DNA from: Mizuhopecten yessoensis
Taxonomy: Eukaryota
Length of the DNA: 64,000 nt
Assembly (NCBI RefSeq): GCF_002113885.1
Contig: NW_018480074.1
Span: 124,001 to 188,000, forward strand
Direction of reading: 5' to 3'
This document shows positions 62,701-64,000 of this stretch, piece by piece (the first letter of the stretch is position 1; every line of letters starts with the position of its first letter). The position numbers and the translations under genes are program-made. The notes under the pieces are model-generated. The model was not told where the DNA came from and ran no database searches. It worked only from the letters and a program-made list of their open reading frames with translations.

Positions 62701-62992
62701 AATATCTACATGGAAACAGGTTTAAAAACTTTTCAATATTCAATAACTACATACTTTGGAAGTAATCTTTGTTAGAATTTAATATTCATATACATCCAAA
62801 GGAATGGTAACTAATGTTGATTTTCTAACATATAACTTGATTTTAAGCATTGTATTTTAAATACGCACCTGGGAAGCGGATGTTGAATTGAAATTTAGAT
62901 TCGGGTGGATAACAGGATGAGATTTGGTATGAGGAGAGGTCTGCATGTTGATTGTCAAAGTCTATAATGTTGTAAACTCGGTAGAAATCAGC
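47702..62992 (-). CDS. Uncharacterised type I membrane glycoprotein with five PAN/apple domains, ependymin/LolA-like and SEA-like regions (5' part outside window)
   Basis: 20 phase-consistent exons: 62992-62869, 62285-62121, 61288-61061 (PAN), 60573-60458, 60164-60125, 59479-59382, 58659-58545, 57796-57618, 57309-57196, 56095-56015, 54690-54564, 53531-53358, 53075-52851 (PAN), 52150-52038, 51634-51568, 50576-50340 (PAN), 49977-49744 (PAN), 49361-49122 (PAN), 48820-48686 (S/T/P stalk), 47853-47702 (TM GAFVGVAFGVFLPGLVLGAVIVTLF, short tail, TAA). PAN signature C-A-x-x-C...C-x-S-F-(D/S)-(Y/F)-C...C-x-L...C-x-x-(Y/F). AATAAA on - strand at 47658-47663. Confidence 0.88.
48145..48690 (-). repeat. 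Degenerate 21-bp tandem repeat made of splice-donor copies, last intron of the PAN gene
   Basis: Sense-strand unit gtttgtacagGTGAGTctagt, in register with the true donor after 48686. Confidence 0.88.
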
Positions 62993-64000
62993 CTGTAAGG
63001 ATAAAATGAGTTCTGTTATTGCAATCAGTTATACCAATATATTTACAGTTGCTCAATTGCAATGCATTGAGAAGGCAAATGTTGACAACATTTGCTATTG
63101 TTACGTCATCAATCTCTTGTGACGTCATCAATTTCGTTGATGTCAACACTTAACTTCCTGTTCAAATAACGGTTCGAAATAACTAAATCAAGCGTAACTA
63201 CTCTATCAAAATGTAAATGTATATAATGAATATCTTAGCAAATGTTATTATAGCCCTATAACACACATTTATATTGCTGACAAACTCACATAAAGCCCTG
63301 TCGTGCTTTCTTAAGTTTTTCATGAATATCTAAGTGTGTTATAGGACCATAACAACATTTGCTAAAACATCCATTGCTTAAGTGTGTGTATAATGCTTCT
63401 ACATATTTTCAAATGTGTTTTGACCGCAAAGTCTTTCAAATGATCAGAAACGTTATTGGTAATTTGACATGTAGTATTAAAAAGAAATAACAAATACATA
63501 ATTGCATAATTTAATCAAAATTAGTAGCTAGTGTATTGTCATGCGATTTTAAATAATCTTTTAGTCTTGTGACCCTAAACATAAATGCATGTTCCAGTAC
63601 ATTGACACCTAGATGTTATGGCAAAGAGCATTTGACGTTACATCTATTAATAATAGTACTATAAATATTTCAATATTCATTAGTAATGATCTTAACAAGC
63701 ACGTCCATACCTGACTGTCATCACTGATATGACACACTCATTAAAAAATATATACACCTATCATACATAGGTTAATTATTATGAGTCATGTTAAGCATAT
63801 AAAATATATAATAAAAATTACAAACCGTGCGATGCTTAAGATACATTCAAATCATTGGCACGTCAGAAAGGCGAGGATTTATTACGCTTGCACAGACGGA
63901 AAGTAAACAAGAGTACCGCGAGCTGGAACAATACACGCCCGTCGAATGCCATATAGTGTTATACACTTTCTTACATTGAAATAAGATCTGCATCATGTAA

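Noticed and set aside
63700-63740. Possible further PAN-gene exon ending ...GACAGTCAG|gtatgg
   Set aside because: The donor looks plausible but no convincing acceptor or homologous reading frame could be built.

Overview
AT-rich, intron-rich animal DNA; the repeat families suggest a bivalve mollusc, probably an oyster (inference). It is not prokaryotic and has no CRISPR array. Three spliced genes were rebuilt by hand from GT/GC-AG junctions with consistent phases. (1) RICTOR, the mTORC2 scaffold, on + strand: 31 coding exons at 768-33807, with the 5' end outside the window and one GC-AG intron. (2) Complete ATP5F1D (mitochondrial ATP synthase F1 delta) on - strand: 4 exons, 166 aa, convergent with RICTOR. 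(3) A 5'-truncated uncharacterised type I membrane protein on - strand (20 exons, about 987 aa visible). It has five PAN/apple domains, a probable ependymin/LolA-like domain and two SEA-like domains that each appear split by an inserted PAN exon. Introns hold many minisatellites, a 4.8 kb TG-rich satellite, several non-autonomous DNA transposons, Helentron-type (HINE) elements and tRNA-derived SINEs; a decayed RTE-type LINE is intergenic. The most striking pattern is that many tandem repeats are seeded on exon boundaries, so real splice donors, acceptors and even the RICTOR stop codon have been copied into arrays of decoy sites.
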